Assembly (NCBI RefSeq): GCF_009914755.1 | Contig: NC_060927.1 | Source of the DNA: the human T2T-CHM13v2.0 reference genome, Homo sapiens | Strand: one strand, 5' to 3' | Length of the DNA: 64,000 nt | In this document: positions 42,354-56,670 of the stretch, one piece after another | Position numbering within the stretch: position 1 is the stretch's first letter | Layout of the letters: each line of letters starts with the position of its first letter | Program-made: the position numbers and the translations under genes | The notes under the pieces: generated by a model | Databases searched by the model: none | Seen by the model: only the letters and a program-made list of their open reading frames with translations | What the model was told of the DNA's origin: nothing

Positions 42354-42506
42354 CGCTGAACACCTGCACCAGGCCAATTCAGTGCAACCCTGCCCCAAGC
42401 CAGCCGCTGAACACCAGCACCAGGCCGATTCAGTGCAACCCTGCCCCAAGCCAGCCGCTGAACACCTGCACCAGGCCGATTCAGTGCAACCCTGCCCCAA
42501 GCCAGC
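42354..42506. repeat. 51-bp x3 tandem repeat (VNTR-like)
   Basis: Unit cgctgaacacc[t/a]gcaccaggcc[a/g]attcagtgcaaccctgccccaagccagc starts at 42354, 42405 and 42456, with only 2 variable sites. Confidence 0.97.
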
Positions 42507-43077
42507 CTCCACAGCCTCAGGCTCCAGGCTAGCCATCATAGACTAAGGCTTCAGGCCTGCCCGAGGCTTTAGGCCCACCCCAGTCCAAGGCCAGTTCCAG
42601 TGGACTGCAGCTCCTCAATGTCATCCAAAGTACTTAGCCAGTAACTGTGGACCCAGGCTTCAGGCCAGCATCCAGGCTCTGGTAGACCCAGGCTCCAGGC
42701 CCAACCCAATAGACTCTGGTGCTGTGCTTGCCCCCATATTTCCAGTTTTATGGATTCAGGCTCAATGACTGCCCCAGTAGCAGGCCATCCCCAGTAGAAT
42801 AGAAACAAATAACCATGCAATGGAGTGCCAATACATCTGGTAGTAGACTTCACAGTGGAAATCATACAGGCCAGGAGAAAGTGGCATGCCATATTTAAAG
42901 TGCTGAAGGAGAAAAACTTCAATCCTGGAATAGTATATTAAGTGAAAATATCCTTCAAACATGAAGGAGAAATACTTTGCCAGAGAAGCAAAAGCTGAGG
43001 GATTTCATCAACATTAGACCTGTCTTATAAGGAATGCTAAAAGGAATTATTCAATTAGAATGAAAAGGGCATTAATG

Positions 43078-43364
43078 GGCCCCAGGTGTGGTGACTCATG
43101 CCTGTAATCTCAGTACTTTGGGAGGCCGAGGTGGGTGGATTACTTGAGGTCAGGAGTTTGAGACCAGCCTGGTCAACACGGCAAAACCCCATCTCTACTA
43201 AAAGAAAAACACACAAAAAAATTTAGCCAGGTGTGGTGGTGCACACCCATAATCCCAGCTACTCAGGAGGCTGAGGCACAAGAAATACTTGAACCCGGAA
43301 GGTAAAAGTTGCATTGAGCCAAGATTGTGACACCACACTCCAGCCCAGGGAAAGAACAAAACAA
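43078..43364 (+). mobile_element. AluS (Sx/Sz-like), 3' tip eroded
   Basis: Alu dimer with degenerate TSD gaaaagggcattaatg / gaaagaggacattaatg. Confidence 0.92.
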
Positions 43365-44730
43365 GAAAGAGGACATTAATGGGTGATAAGATATCATCTG
43401 AAGGTACAAAACTTGCTGGCAATAATAAATACATAGAAAAACACACAATATTATTACACTGTAATTGTGTCATGTAAGCTACTCATATCTTGAATAGAAA
43501 GACTAAATGATGAAACCATCCAAAATGATAACTACAACAACTTTTTAAAATATAGAAAATAAAGTAAGACATTAATAGAAACAAAAAAAGTTAAAAAGGC
43601 AGGGGAATGAAGTTAAAACACTGAGTTTTTATTAGTTTTCCCTCTGCTTGTTTGTTTACGCAATCAGTGTTAAGTTGTTATCTTTTTAAAATCATGAGTT
43701 ATAAGATAGTATTTGTATGTTTCATGGTGACCTGAAATCTAAAAACATACAAGAGATAGATAAAAAAATAAAAAGCAAGAAGTTAAAATATATTATAAAA
43801 AATGGCCTTTACTAAAAGAAAGACAGGAAGGAGGGGAAAAGGGAGAGAAGAACACAAAACAACCAGAAAACAAATAACAAAATGGCAGGAGTTAGTCCTA
43901 CTTATCAATAACATTGAATGTAAATGAACTAAACTCTCCAATCAAAAGCCAAAGAATAATTAAATGGATAAAAACAAGACCCAACGATCTGTTGCCTACA
44001 AGAAACACACTTCACCTATAAAGACATACATGGACTGAAAGTAAAGGGATAGAAAAAGATATTCCATACAAATGGAAACCAAAGAAAGACTAGGAATAGC
44101 TATACTTGTATCAGACAAAATAGATTTCAAGACAAAAATATAAAAGAGATAAAGAAGGTAGCTATATAATGATAAAGGGGTCAATTCAGCAAAAGGATAT
44201 TCCATTGTAAATATGTATGCACCCAGTGCTGGAGCAGCCAGATATGTAAACCAAATATTGGAGATGAAGAGAAAGCTAGACTGCAATACAATAATAGCTG
44301 GAGATTTCAACACCCCACTTTCAGCATTGGACAGATCTTCTAGACAGAAAATCAACAACAAAAAATCAGACTTAATCTGCACTGTAGACCAAATGGGTCT
44401 AACAGATATTTACAGAACATTTCATTCTTTTCCTCAGCACATGGATCACTGTCAAGGATAGGTCTTATGTTAGGCCATAAAGCAAGTCTTAAAACATTCA
44501 AGAAAATGAAATTATATCAAGTATCTTCTCAGAGCACAATAGAATAAAACTAGAAATCAATAACAAGAGGAGTTTTGAAAACTATACAAACACATGGAAG
44601 TAAAGAAATATGTTCCTGAATGACCAATAGTTCAAGGAAAAAATTAAAAAGCAGATTGAAAAATTTCTTCATATTATAGGAATGAAAATGGAAATACAAC
44701 ATACCAAAATCTATGGGAGACAGCAAAAGC

Positions 44731-45035
44731 AGTATAGTATAGTGCAGTATAGTTTAGTATAGTATAGTATAGTATAGTATAGTATAGTATAGTATAGTAT
44801 AGTATAGTAGTGTAATATACTATAATATAGTGTAATGTAGCATAGTATAGTATAGTGTAATACAGTATTGTATAGTGTAATGTAGTATAGTATAGTATAG
44901 TGTAATGTAGTATTGTATAATATAGTATATTATAGTACAGTGTAGTGTAATTTAGTATAGTATAGTATAGTATGGTACAGTGTAGTATAGTGTAGTATAG
45001 TATTAGTATAGTATAGTATAGTATAGTATAGTATA
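44731..45035. repeat. (TAGTA)n pentanucleotide repeat, ~300 bp, degenerate centre
   Basis: Direct read. It lies at the L1 ORF2 site acagcaaaagcagta. Confidence 0.95.
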
Positions 45036-45302
45036 ACACAGTTTATAGCTATAAGTGCCTACATCAAAAAAGTAGAAAAACTTCAAATAAACTTATGATG
45101 CATCTTAAAGAACTAGAAAGGCAAGAGAAAACCAAACCCAAAATTGGTAGAAGGAAATAAATAATAAAGATTGGATCATAAATAAAATTGAAATTAAAAA
45201 AATACAATCCAGCCATTTGCAATAATATGGATGGAACTGGAGGTCATTATGTTAAATGAAATAAGTCAGGCACAGAAAGACAAACTTTTCATGTTCTCAT
45301 TT

Positions 45303-45904
45303 TTATACCAGTGGAAGTTATCCCAGTTACCAGTGGCAAATCCGTACAGGTCTACAGAAACCTCAATGCTTGCCTCCTCTGAAGAAAAAATTCAGCTGAG
45401 GGGCATAAGGCAGAAGAGACTGCGGCAAGTTTTAGAGCAAGAGTGAAAGTTTATTTAAAAGCTTTAGAGAAGAAATGAAAAAAAAATAAAGTATACTTGG
45501 AAGAGGGCCATGTGGACACCCTGAAGGTCAAGTGTCCCATTTGACGTTGGACTTAGGGTTTTATATGCGGGTCTACTTCTGGTGTCTTGCATCCCTTTTC
45601 CAGTAGAATGTCCCTGGAAGGCTATATGTCAGCTAAACTCTGCCATTTTGCTTCTTAATGCACATGCTCAAGCCCACACACCCAACTCCTGAGATCTTAT
45701 TGGGAAGCTGCCTATCACCAGTTACAGGTGTTTTTATCTATAGGGAGACTGCCCTTCCTTGGAGCTGGCTGTGACTAATTATTATTTTACAGAGACAGTT
45801 AACAACTGCCTGGCCATCACCTGGTGGTCACCTAATATTTCTGGTTGTTGGGAGGGGGCCCCTCTCCTGCCCTGCTCATGTCTGCCTGACTACCTGTTGT
45901 AACA
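45303..45904 (-). mobile_element. MER50 solo LTR inserted in the L1MA 3' end
   Basis: Ends ggcccctctcctgccctgctcatgtctgcctgactacctgttgtaaca. 4-bp TSD attt (45299-45302 / 45905-45908). Confidence 0.88.
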
Positions 45905-46440
45905 ATTTATTTGTGGGAGCTAAAAAAAATTCAAACAATTGGACTCATGAAGATAGAGAATAGAATGATAATTACTAAAGGTAGCTGGCAGCGAAGCACT
46001 GGAGCTGGTTAATGGGTACAGAAATATAGTTAGATAGAAAAAATAAGATTTAGTATTTGATAGCACAGCTAGTGACTACAGTCAACAATAATTTATTGTA
46101 CATTTGAAAATTATTAAAAGATTATATTTGTATTTTTTGTAGGACAAAGAAAGGATACATGCTTGAAGTGTAAATGGGATACCTCATTTATCCTGATGTG
46201 ATCATTATGTATTGTATGCCTGTATCAAAATATCTCATGCACCACATAAATATATACACCTGAAATATACCTATAAAAATAAAAAAAAATTAAAATGTAA
46301 AAATAAAGAAAAATATTTGGCTTCCCATATAACATGTATAGGTCTATAATTTCTGTTTTCTATGATATATAAATTCAAATATGATATTGTAGTTGACTCT
46401 GGATATATATTCTCATCATTTCCATGACTGATTATAATTG

Positions 46441-47361
<921 letters not shown>

Positions 47362-47739
47362 ACCCACATTAGGTCTTTTTATTAAATGAGATAAAATAGT
47401 GCCACACACTTAAACTGTGGCATAGTTCCATTTTATCTTCTAAAATCCTATAGAAACACCAGTCTCTTTCAAAAATTTTATTCTATTCTCTTGATAATCT
47501 ACATATTACATTCTGCTGACACAGGTTTACAGGATATGCTAAACTATGTATGAACCATTTTAGAAATTTCCTCTGAAATTCATCTCCCAGATAAATCTAC
47601 TGATTTGTTTATTCCATTAAATTTACATTCATTCAAGTGTTTATATATATAAAGCCAATTATATATACATGTTTCTGTGTGTGTGTTATATGTGTATATA
47701 TATGTGTTATATGTATACATACATATATATACACACACA

Positions 47740-47940
47740 CACATATGAGAAATTTTGTAGTGGAGAGTTTTATATAGACATATATGCATATGTATAATGT
47801 GTATATGTTTATTTACACACACACAAATATGAGCAACTTTTGTAGTGGAGAGTTTTATATATACATATATGTATACTTATAATGTATATATATCTATTTA
47901 TACACACACACAAGGAACTTTTGTAGTGGAGAGTTTTATC
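47740..47940. repeat. ~81-85-bp tandem repeat, ~2.4 copies, within TA/CA-rich low-complexity DNA
   Basis: ttttgtagtggagagttttat recurs at 47753, 47838 and 47919. Confidence 0.9.
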
Positions 47941-48882
47941 ACATAAACAACAAGGTAGGAAGAATTTTCTATAAGCAGATATCACAGTTGTTATTTATCT
48001 GAAAAACAGTGAAATAAATATAAATTAGCCAGAGGTTGTTGTCATTTTTTAACAACCAATAGTTTGTAATAGTGAGCAAGTATTTATTGTACAATCTCTA
48101 GGAATCAAATAATTATACTAAAAACTAGAGATAAATTTCCCAAATCAATATGCGGTCTGCGCTATGCCAATAACTCAATTCTCAACCCTATGTTTCTATT
48201 TTCTAAACAGAATAAGAGAATACATTGATCACTGACTTTTGAAATACTCATGTTGATGTTAACTTTCTCCCTTAGATTAATATCCTTATCATTGTTTTTG
48301 TAGTGTAGACCTAGACTAAATCCTCCTTGAGGACCATCCTGTGTCTGTCTACATGATTAGGCTCACTCATTTAGTTTAATTACTTTATTCAAATTATAAT
48401 GAAACAATTCTTAGATCTTTTCTTTTGTTTTTGGTTTAACCCATGAAGTAAAAGCATGGTTTAAACCAGGCAGTAACAATAACAGCAGATAATTAAGTAC
48501 AAAATATTTTTAGATTTTGACTAGCAATGTTATTTGATCAAAATTAAAAGAAGTTGAGAGAGAAAGGCATTCTTCCACTTTCAGAAATAATGGAAACAAG
48601 ATGCTTATATACATCTAGAAATTCTAAATTAAACATTCTAATTATGTTTTTCAAATTAATAATGAAGCTTATAAGACAATTAGAAAAATAATATGGGTTA
48701 TAAAATTTTTAAAGTATGTTAAAAATCAGAGTTAAATCTGGCAAGCAGACTGATGGTCTGCATCATTTTAGGCAATTTTGGGCCCCTGCAAGGTGGAAAG
48801 TTGAAACTAAGATTTCTCATAAAAATTCCACGCTCCCTCACAACTTGCTGAAGGGCTCATCCTCACAAAAAGCTAGAACTAT

Positions 48883-48950
<68 letters not shown>

Positions 48951-49031
48951 AGAAAGAGAAAGAAAGAAAGAAAGAAAGAAAAAGAGGAAGGAAGGAAGGA
49001 GAGGGAAAAGAGGGAGAAAAGGAGGAAAAAA
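48883..49031. repeat. (GAAA)n and polypurine tract
   Basis: Direct read: ~150 bp with no pyrimidines. Confidence 0.97.
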
Positions 49032-49365
49032 TGTGACATGAAAGTTTGTCAGTCTTGGCTTGGGCTCATAATAGAAAAGAAAGACTTCTCAACTGGAATT
49101 CCACAACCATAAAGCTGTTCATATTAGGTTGTAGAGTTAGAATTTATGTTATCTACATATTCCAGGGAGTCCCCTAAAAATGTAACATTAAAAATGGTTC
49201 CAATTTGGTTATACCTCAAGGACACTTAGAAAAAACAAAAAGAAAATTATTTGGGGGAACATGCCCTTAACCAAAACTTCCAAGAATTTCAACGAATAAA
49301 ATCTAACCCTAGAAGCATACACATTTATTTATTCCCAGACATTGTGCTTGGCATTAGGGATGTAC

Positions 49366-50608
49366 TGAAGTTGAAACTTTTCTTCTGAAGGTTTGAGTCT
49401 AAGTCTGTTGAAATGAATTGACAATCAACAGATTCACAGGAGAAAAGGTATACAAATTTATTCATGTCCACATGGACACAAAAGTCCCACAACTATGAAA
49501 CTCAAAGAAGGGACAGATAGTTGAGGCTTAAATACCTTCTTCATAGTGATACAGAACAGCTGGGCTCCTTGTTAAACCTCCCCCCACCGTCAAGCCTGCA
49601 ACCTTGGTCCTAAGTGAAAACAGCTGACCCCATTTTTCACCCAAATGATTGCCTTTTGGCCTGCCATGCCCCTATCCTGTTCCCATAAAAAGACTTCAGC
49701 TGGCAGAACAACACAAGCAGTCGAGCGTCTGAGATACAAGGTGCTGAGCATTGAGGATACAAGCTGCTGAACGTCAAGGATACAAGTGACTGATCATCAG
49801 AAACTACGGATAGACATGAGTAACTTCAAACAGTGCAGCTTCAGGAAAAGATCACATTCTTCCCACACCATCCCCTTTCCAACTTCCAACCCACTGAGAG
49901 CCATCACTCAATAAAATCCTCTGCATACACTGCTCTTCAATTAGTCCATGTGACCTGATTCTTCCTGGACACTGGACAAGAACCTGGGTGCAAAGAGGGC
50001 AGGCGCATGGATGCTGCTGCAGGGCCTGCACAGAGCCTGCTCCCACACTCACTTGCTCGCATGCTCCCTCTCTCGAGGAGTGGCCAGCGGCAAGCTGAGT
50101 GAAATGAGTCACTCCGGTTCCCACCCATGAAGGGAGTCAAAGTCAAGAGAACAGCCCCATCTCATCAAAAGAGAGGAAAGTTGGGGGCTGTAACTAATTT
50201 TAGAGGGGGAGTAAATGATTTCCAGGGCAACTGAATGGATTTGAAGGCAGACGTTATCTGGTAAATGATTGTCTTTGAAATTTGAATGATCCAGAGAGAC
50301 AGACAAGATCTTGTGACAAAGTCTGTCTAGAAGCAATTATGTTCCTTAGTCGTCTACCTGTGATAATGAAATTTCCGGGAGAACATGGAAGGTAATTTTG
50401 TTGCTTTGGTGAGTCTGGTCATAACGGACATAAGGAAATTTCAGAGAAAAATTCATCCCTGAGTAGGGGCAGAAGAGAAACAGGAGAGATCAGAAAGTCA
50501 TTGATGTCATTGATTCTAAGGCAGCCTCTAAGGCCTTCCTATTTTAGTTCAAAGTGCTCAGCATGCCAAAGTGCTAGACTTTTGGGCTATTGTTTTCAGA
50601 GCTACAAC
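49366..50608 (-). mobile_element. MER39/LTR48-group ERV1 LTR, interrupted by an LTR27-like element
   Basis: Ends ttagttcaaagtgctcagcatgccaaagtgc...ttttcagagctacaaca. Confidence 0.7.
49547..50167 (+). mobile_element. LTR27-like (LTR1/27/28 group) solo LTR
   Basis: Starts tgatacagaacagctgggctcc. Has internal ~23-bp gatacaag.. repeats at 49714-49800, an AATAAA, and TSD atag/aaag. Confidence 0.75.
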
Positions 50609-50689
50609 AGAGACATACAGTGCACAAAAGCAGCCACAAATCAGTCCTCATAGAGTAAACTGATCTTTTATTTTAAAATAGTTACTGTA

Positions 50690-51455
50690 GATTTTGTGTC
50701 TAAAGTAGATTGAAGAGAAATAAGACAAGAAGAGAGATGAATGAGGGGCTATTGCAATCATCCAAGAGAAAGAAGACAGTTGCTTGGACAAAGATGTTAA
50801 GAGTGGAACTTTAAAAAAAATGTTGAAAATAGGAACAATAAGATTACTTCCAGATTGCATGGGGGGGCCTTAGAAACAAAATTATTAAAGTCAGAAAGGA
50901 TTGAGTAACCATTAACTTTAGATGTAGAAGACAGAGAAAGAAGTAGATTTAGGGGGAATAAAACTGACTTTTAGAAATATTATGTTTGAGATGCTGAGTG
51001 TTATAAAGGCCGTATGTTGAAAAGCATTTGGAAATGAAAATATACACTTAGAGAAGTCTTGGCTAAAGGCACAAATTTGGGATTCATTGGTATATAAGTA
51101 ATATTTAAAGTGTGAATGAAACCGTCTAGGAAAAAAAAATTAAGGTAGAGTAAATAAAAGGCTAACTTCTGATGAGTAGCCAGTGAGAAAAAATCAAGAG
51201 GAAGTAATCAACTACAGCCAATCTGCTAATAAGCCAACTTATAATGGTGGCTGAGTACAGATCATTGGATTTAGCAACATGAAAATAATCAATCATCTTC
51301 ATAAAAGCTGTTTCATTAGATTAAAGGGAGAAAAAGCCTTATTAGAATCTGAAAATAATTGGAGGTGAATGAAAATATTAAATGTAGAAAAATCTTTCAA
51401 GAACTTTTACTAAAAGAGAAACAGAAATGGGGCAGTAGCTGGAGAGAGTGTGCAT
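50690..51455 (-). mobile_element. L2 fragments (continuing between later LTRs to ~54800)
   Basis: gctattgcaatcatccaag; cattggatttagcaacatg; agaaatggggcagtagctggag. Confidence 0.7.
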
Positions 51456-51460
51456 CAAAG

Positions 51461-52359
<899 letters not shown>

Positions 52360-52565
52360 TAAATTATAGGTTGTTTCTATGTTGGTAGAAGTGCTCCCAT
52401 AGGTCAGGAAAAACCAGTTAATCACAATAAAAAGGAACAATTGCTAGGGCCTTATTATTGAGTAGGTAAAAAGGAAATAGGTTCCATTGACCAACTGGAA
52501 GGGTTGGTCTTAGTTAGGAGCATGAATCATTAAATTATAATGTCGGAGGAAAGATCATATTATAT

Positions 52566-53123
52566 TGAAGGGAACCAAAATATTTCACCCTAAAATATAC
52601 TTCTTTGACATATTTTGAGATGACTGTTCATACAAACAGGCCTACAAACAGAATAGCCCTGCAAAGCTATGTTTTGTGGAGATTTGTGTCTGTAGAGAAA
52701 ATCTGCATTGATGCAGTAAGGCATTCTCTGAGGCCTTGTCTAGATATGGAATAGATCAACTGATATTTGACACCTCTCAAGGTCTGAAAGAAATATTTAG
52801 CATTTATTCTCTCCATGGGCTGCTACCTGTGAGGTTTCATCTACATAACGAGACCATCTTTGCTAGCCCATCCTCTTCTTCCCTTCCTATATAACCTGTT
52901 TACCACCATAAACTGGTTTGCCATGATTCAATCCCCTATTTTTTCTGTAACCTCAAGACATTATAAAAGCCTCAACTATCCACTCATTTCTTTGAGCTCT
53001 TTATAAGATCCCCATGCACATTAACAAATTTGTATGCTTTTTCTCCTGTTAATATATTTTTTGTCAATTGATTTTTCAGAGAACCTTCAGAGGGTAGAGG
53101 GGAAGTTTTCCTTTTGCCCTTGT
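52566..53123 (+). mobile_element. MER34-group solo LTR
   Basis: tgaagggaaccaaaatatttcaccctaaaatatacttctttgacata...gaaccttcagagggtagaggggaagttttcc. Confidence 0.7.
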
Positions 53124-53528
53124 GAGGGTGATGAGGATGCATAAAAAGGTTATGAACATCCATTTATTTAGGTCTTGATGATGTGGAATGATTGTAGAAA
53201 TCAGTATAATAAGACAGGAAGTTGAAAATTTACAAGGTGATAGTTTTAGAACAGAATGCCTGAAATTAAGTTTATGGAATTCTTCTAACTTCTGTTAATA
53301 ATGAAATCTGATGTATGTTCATGGAGACAAAGTTGGATGGAAGATGAAATCAGTGCAAAAGAGAAAGTCAAGAACTTAGGATACAGAATATTGGCAGAAT
53401 CATCAATGGAAACAGCAATATCACAAAGAATAGTAACAGAAACAGTGATAGGAGAGACAAGGAGTTAAGTTATTCAACAAATGTTGAATAATAGCCTCAG
53501 GTAGCAGCAAATGAAAGCACTAGTTTAT

Positions 53529-53636
53529 AGAATTGCCAGATAAAGTACAAGACACCAAATTATCTGTACTAATTTATTTGAAATTCAGATTTAACTGTGT
53601 GTCCTGTAATTTGATTCCCTGCATCTGGAAACCTTA
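53529..53636. mobile_element. MER53 (palindromic hAT MITE), centre deleted
   Basis: ttgccagataaagtacaagacac...tgaaattcagatttaactgtgtgtcctgta...atctggaaacc. Confidence 0.75.
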
Positions 53637-53707
53637 ACTTGGTGGTACGATCTGATAATATCAGATTCAAATCTGGAGTTTTTAGACGAGAGATAATTTG
53701 AATGATA

Positions 53708-54266
53708 TGTAAGCAAGTTTAAGACAGAATATGTCACCCCAAAATGTGCCTTGTTAGCATAAAAATTATTTTGAGTTGATTATTTTGAGAAACTGCAGAC
53801 ATAGAAGAAGTTCTGAAAACAGAAGTTACCCTTTTATAAGAAAAATTTGCATCTATAAAGAAAATCTCTATTTGTAAGCGTGTCTCCCTCTCCGTATCAG
53901 GAATAAAAGGATGATTCTAAGCCACTAGATAGCTCTTATCAATGGAGAAGGCACCAACTTAAATCTGCAAAACAAACCTTACTGTTGTTTACTGTGCTTT
54001 TCCTGGTCACCTCTCTATTACTGGCCTCTTAACACCCTTTTTCCTTTGTTTCAGTTGAAGATGGTATTTAAGCCCACACTCTTAGCCACCTGTGTGAGAT
54101 TTACTAATTTTTCTGCATATTTTCTATGTATACATGAGGTATACATGTTTATAAACTTCTATTGTTACTTTTTTCTCTCTCTTATTGATCTGTGCCTTGT
54201 TACAGGTGTCTGTCCCAACTTAAAACTTAGAAAGGGTAGTGGGAAAATTATTCTTCCTCTCGTATA
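53708..54266 (+). mobile_element. MER34-group solo LTR
   Basis: cagaatatgtcaccccaaaatgtgcc...attattttgag...gaaaattattcttcctc. Confidence 0.75.
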
Positions 54267-54889
54267 GCAGCCATAAGAATCAAGAGAACAAATTCCTTTA
54301 CTTCTGATTCAGTACTACCAGGAGTGAGCAAGAAGGTCAAGAGTATCTTCAGAGAGAAATTTCATGATGTAGAAAATCTGGGGAATGACAAATCATGAGT
54401 TCTAGAGATTAGAGTTGAAGAGCGTACAGGGTTGAAAAGAGATGTAGGATAAATTTAGTAACAAAGGGGTTGTCTTGAGCAAAAAGAGATTTGAAACTGG
54501 GGAATAACCTTAGCATACTGTGGTTCTTATAGTGAGGGATACAAGTAAAATTATAGGGCATAATGGTATTTTTCATGTGGGTCTCCAAAAGCTAGTGAGA
54601 CTATGATATTTGAGGTGGGAGAGGAGTGATTTTTCCAATACTGTGTACTGTTCTGGGATATTTCTTTACTTCTGCTGAGGAGAATGTGAAAACTGGGTAG
54701 AAGATGAAACTCCTGAGCTTTGGCTCTTGCCAATAAAGACATGGAAGTGAAGGAGTGGGTGATCCAGATGAAGTCATGAAATAGGAAACAATATAACTAG
54801 ACTGTCCCTAGAAGTCAGCTTATTCTGTCTGATAGTAAGAATGAGAACTGATAAGTTTGGAATAAATGGATAATTGTATAGTTTGTTAG

Positions 54890-55490
54890 TGAGAAATAAA
54901 AATGAAATCCTAAACCCCACAACTGACTTAATGGATCCCCTCTTGGCCAAGGGGACCCTAGAGTAACCTTGAAAACTAAGTTATTGTCCATGACAGCAGG
55001 GGAGGTCAGACATGCCTGTTACACCCCTTCTCTCACTAAGTGCCTTTAAACTTTCTTTCTTAAAAGCTAAACAGAATCCAACCCTTTCAAAAGACTCCAC
55101 AGCTGATATCAACCAGCCGCCTGACTGCTGCCCTTCCAATTTGTGGTTTCAACAAAACAACAAACCAGTATTTCTTCCTGATAAGAGACCACCAACCATG
55201 GAGTGATTCTGGCCAGTCTACAAAGGATGCACTGTAAGGGCTTTTGTGTTCTCTGTGTGTGTACCTTTTGACATCAGAGAGCCGAAAATTTCACCCTCAG
55301 ATTATGTTAATGCTGCCATTTTTTAAATGGGACACATGAAGGGGCATGAAGCTTAATTGTGCATGCACTTATTTCTTCTTTCATAAATATTAATTACTGT
55401 TCCTGTAGCTTACTGAATATGTACATTTGCCCACCCTGCCCAGCAAAAATTCCTGTCCCCTTTCTCCTTCCCTTGACGTGTCTGTTGCCA
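54890..55490 (+). mobile_element. MER4D-type LTR, 3' truncated
   Basis: tgagaaataaaaatgaaatcctaaacccc...cctcttggccaaggggaccc. Confidence 0.85.
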
Positions 55491-55822
55491 TGTGCATTAT
55501 GCATTTCATCTTTTACAACACCATGCTCAGCTAAAACCAAAATAAAGATTCCTGCTTAAGCATATTTGATTCTGTGAGCACATTTTGTTTAGAATTATAT
55601 TACTTGTTGAATTATGCCTTCCAAAATAGAATTTTTAAAATTAAATTGTATTATTATGGATGATTATATGTAAGCCATTGATAATCTTTGTTACTTATAC
55701 AAAGATACATAAAATTATCTGCCATATGAATTATTATTAAACAGATTCATTATAAAATTGAAAATGTTTATTGACCTAATGAGTATGAAATTAAATGAAT
55801 TAAAGTTTTCTCATCTCTAAGG

Positions 55823-56007
55823 CAGGGGCTAGAAGATGTTTTCTGTAAAGGTCTGGATAGTTAATATTTTTGGCTTTGTGGACCATAAGCTTTCTCTGCC
55901 AACTACTCAGCTCTGCTGTTACAACATGAAAGTAGCAACAGACAGCACTTAAAGAATGAAGGTGGCCAGATTTGGCCCAGTTGTGAAGCTATAGTTTTCA
56001 GATCCTG
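55823..56007 (+). mobile_element. MER58A (hAT-Charlie)
   Basis: cagggg...ttttctgtaaagg...caactactcagctctgc...gatcctg, with an 8-bp TSD ctctaagg / ctcttagg. Confidence 0.85.
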
Positions 56008-56344
56008 CTCTTAGGAATGATTTTTTTTACTTAGGTTTATTGTAGTTGCTGCTTGCTTTCATTTTAACACTGAAATCTCAATGGCATTAAGATAAAGCCC
56101 AAAAGGGCAGCACCTAATATTAAAATGGTTAACAGTCATAAAATGATTTAATAGATGTCATTTAGACTCTGGCTTTGCCTCTAGCCATGATGGGTTGTAT
56201 TTTTGAGAACTATCCTTCCTGATGGAAAAGTGTTCTTAGTAACTGAGCTGAGGTATTTTGATCATGGTTAATTTGTAACAGTCCTTAAAATAGCCCTGTG
56301 TTCAAAAACCAGTTGAAAATCCTCCCAAATAGCTTCTAAAGATA

Positions 56345-56670
56345 TATTTCTTACTCGTTTCAGGTCTCTGTTGAAATGTCTCCTCAGTAAGGTTTTCTTT
56401 TTGATTCTCCAATACAAAATTGCAATACCCTCAGGAACTCTTTGACACTTCCTCTTCCCTGCTTTATTTTTTCAAACTACTTATCAAACTACATATGTTT
56501 TATTTCACCATTTACATTTTAGTTTCTGTCTCCTCTCACTTGAATGTAAGTTATACAAACAGAAGAATTTTCATGGTTTTTGCTCATTGTTGTATTTTCA
56601 GTACCAAGAAATGCCCATGAAATACAGTAGACATTTAAAAATACCTGTTGCATAACTGAATAAATGGTTA
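56345..56670 (+). mobile_element. L2a 3' end
   Basis: ttcaggtctctgttgaaatgtctcctc...gaatgtaag...tttgctcattg...gaataaatg. Confidence 0.75.

Larger units (their letters stand above)
42080..46295 (+). mobile_element. L1MA mosaic: 5'UTR part, ORF1 3' end, ORF2 endonuclease part and L1MA2/3-type 3' end, with large internal deletions
   Basis: EN motif YAP...TIIAGDFNTPLSALDRSSRQKIN at 44213-44461 and ORF1 C-terminal DNA at ~42810-43075. The sequence jumps to the 3' end at ~45207. Confidence 0.88.

Noticed and set aside
44674-45039. 121-aa YYTIL-repeat ORF
   Set aside because: Translation of the (TAGTA)n microsatellite.
47753-47939. CRISPR-like pattern: an identical 21-bp block three times with ~60-nt gaps
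   Set aside because: The gaps resemble each other and are TA/CA low-complexity, so this is a tandem minisatellite. The DNA is primate and has no cas genes.
48716-49036. 106-aa Lys/Glu/Arg-rich ORF
   Set aside because: The frame is held open by the (GAAA)n purine tract.
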